From contig OX597814.1 in assembly GCA_951406725.2 (NCBI GenBank), positions 151,218,001-151,282,000 of the forward strand: a DNA stretch of 64,000 nt. Direction: 5' to 3'. Shown here piece after piece: positions 63,666 to 64,000 of the stretch. How positions within the stretch are numbered: the stretch's first letter is position 1; each line of letters starts with the position of its first letter. This DNA comes from Octopus vulgaris. Lineage: Eukaryota. Below the pieces are notes generated by a model that was not told the DNA's origin, did not search any database, and was given only the letters and a program-made list of their open reading frames with translations. Both the position numbers and the translations under genes were made by a program.

Positions 63666-64000
63666 TAAACCAGTGTTCAGACAAATACCTTGTGCAATAT
63701 ATTTCACATAAGTTGCAGGCACCTACCCACCATAACAATTGATATTCTAAAACCAAGGTTCCACATAAAGAGCATTGGTGCTGGTGCCACGTAAAATGCA
63801 CTGATGCTGGTGCCACATAAAAAGTGCTAGTGCCATGTAAAAAGCATGTGCTGGTGCTGTGTCAGAAGCACCCAGTACCTTCTGTAAAGTGGTTGGCTTT
63901 AGGAAGGGCATCCAGCTGTAGAAAACAAGTCAAAACAATATGGAACCTGGTGTGGACTCTGGCCTTGCCAACTCCTGTCAAGCCATCCAACCCATGGAAA

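Overview
AT-rich, intron-rich, repeat-dense animal DNA. The SINE, MITE and microsatellite landscape looks like an octopus (coleoid cephalopod) genome; this is inferred from recalled repeat families, not proven. I assembled three spliced genes by hand, each with GT-AG introns and continuous frames: an NmrA-like (NMRAL1/HSCARG-type) gene on + (19823-30322, 5 exons, 331 aa), NOP58 on - (46478-30465, 15 exons, 499 aa), and a C1orf131/FSAF1-like nucleolar gene on + (52187-63012, 4 exons, 153 aa). NmrA-like and NOP58 converge with 142 bp between their stops; NOP58 and the C1orf131-like gene diverge. NOP58 introns hold a clear SNORD70 homologue, a second well-formed orphan C/D snoRNA and weaker snoRNA candidates. 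A large inverted partial duplicate of the NmrA-like gene (9530-17097 mirrors 21726-26978) brackets the gene's own promoter and exon 1. It has lost exon 2 by a microhomology deletion, abuts a Helitron Rep fragment, and carries a Penelope fragment with a canonical hammerhead ribozyme. A tRNA-headed, hammerhead-containing fold-back element lies in intron 2 of the C1orf131-like gene. The rest is decayed Dong/R4, Hero-, CRE-, RTE- and CR1-like LINEs, mariner, piggyBac, hAT and Helitron remnants, SINEs and microsatellites.
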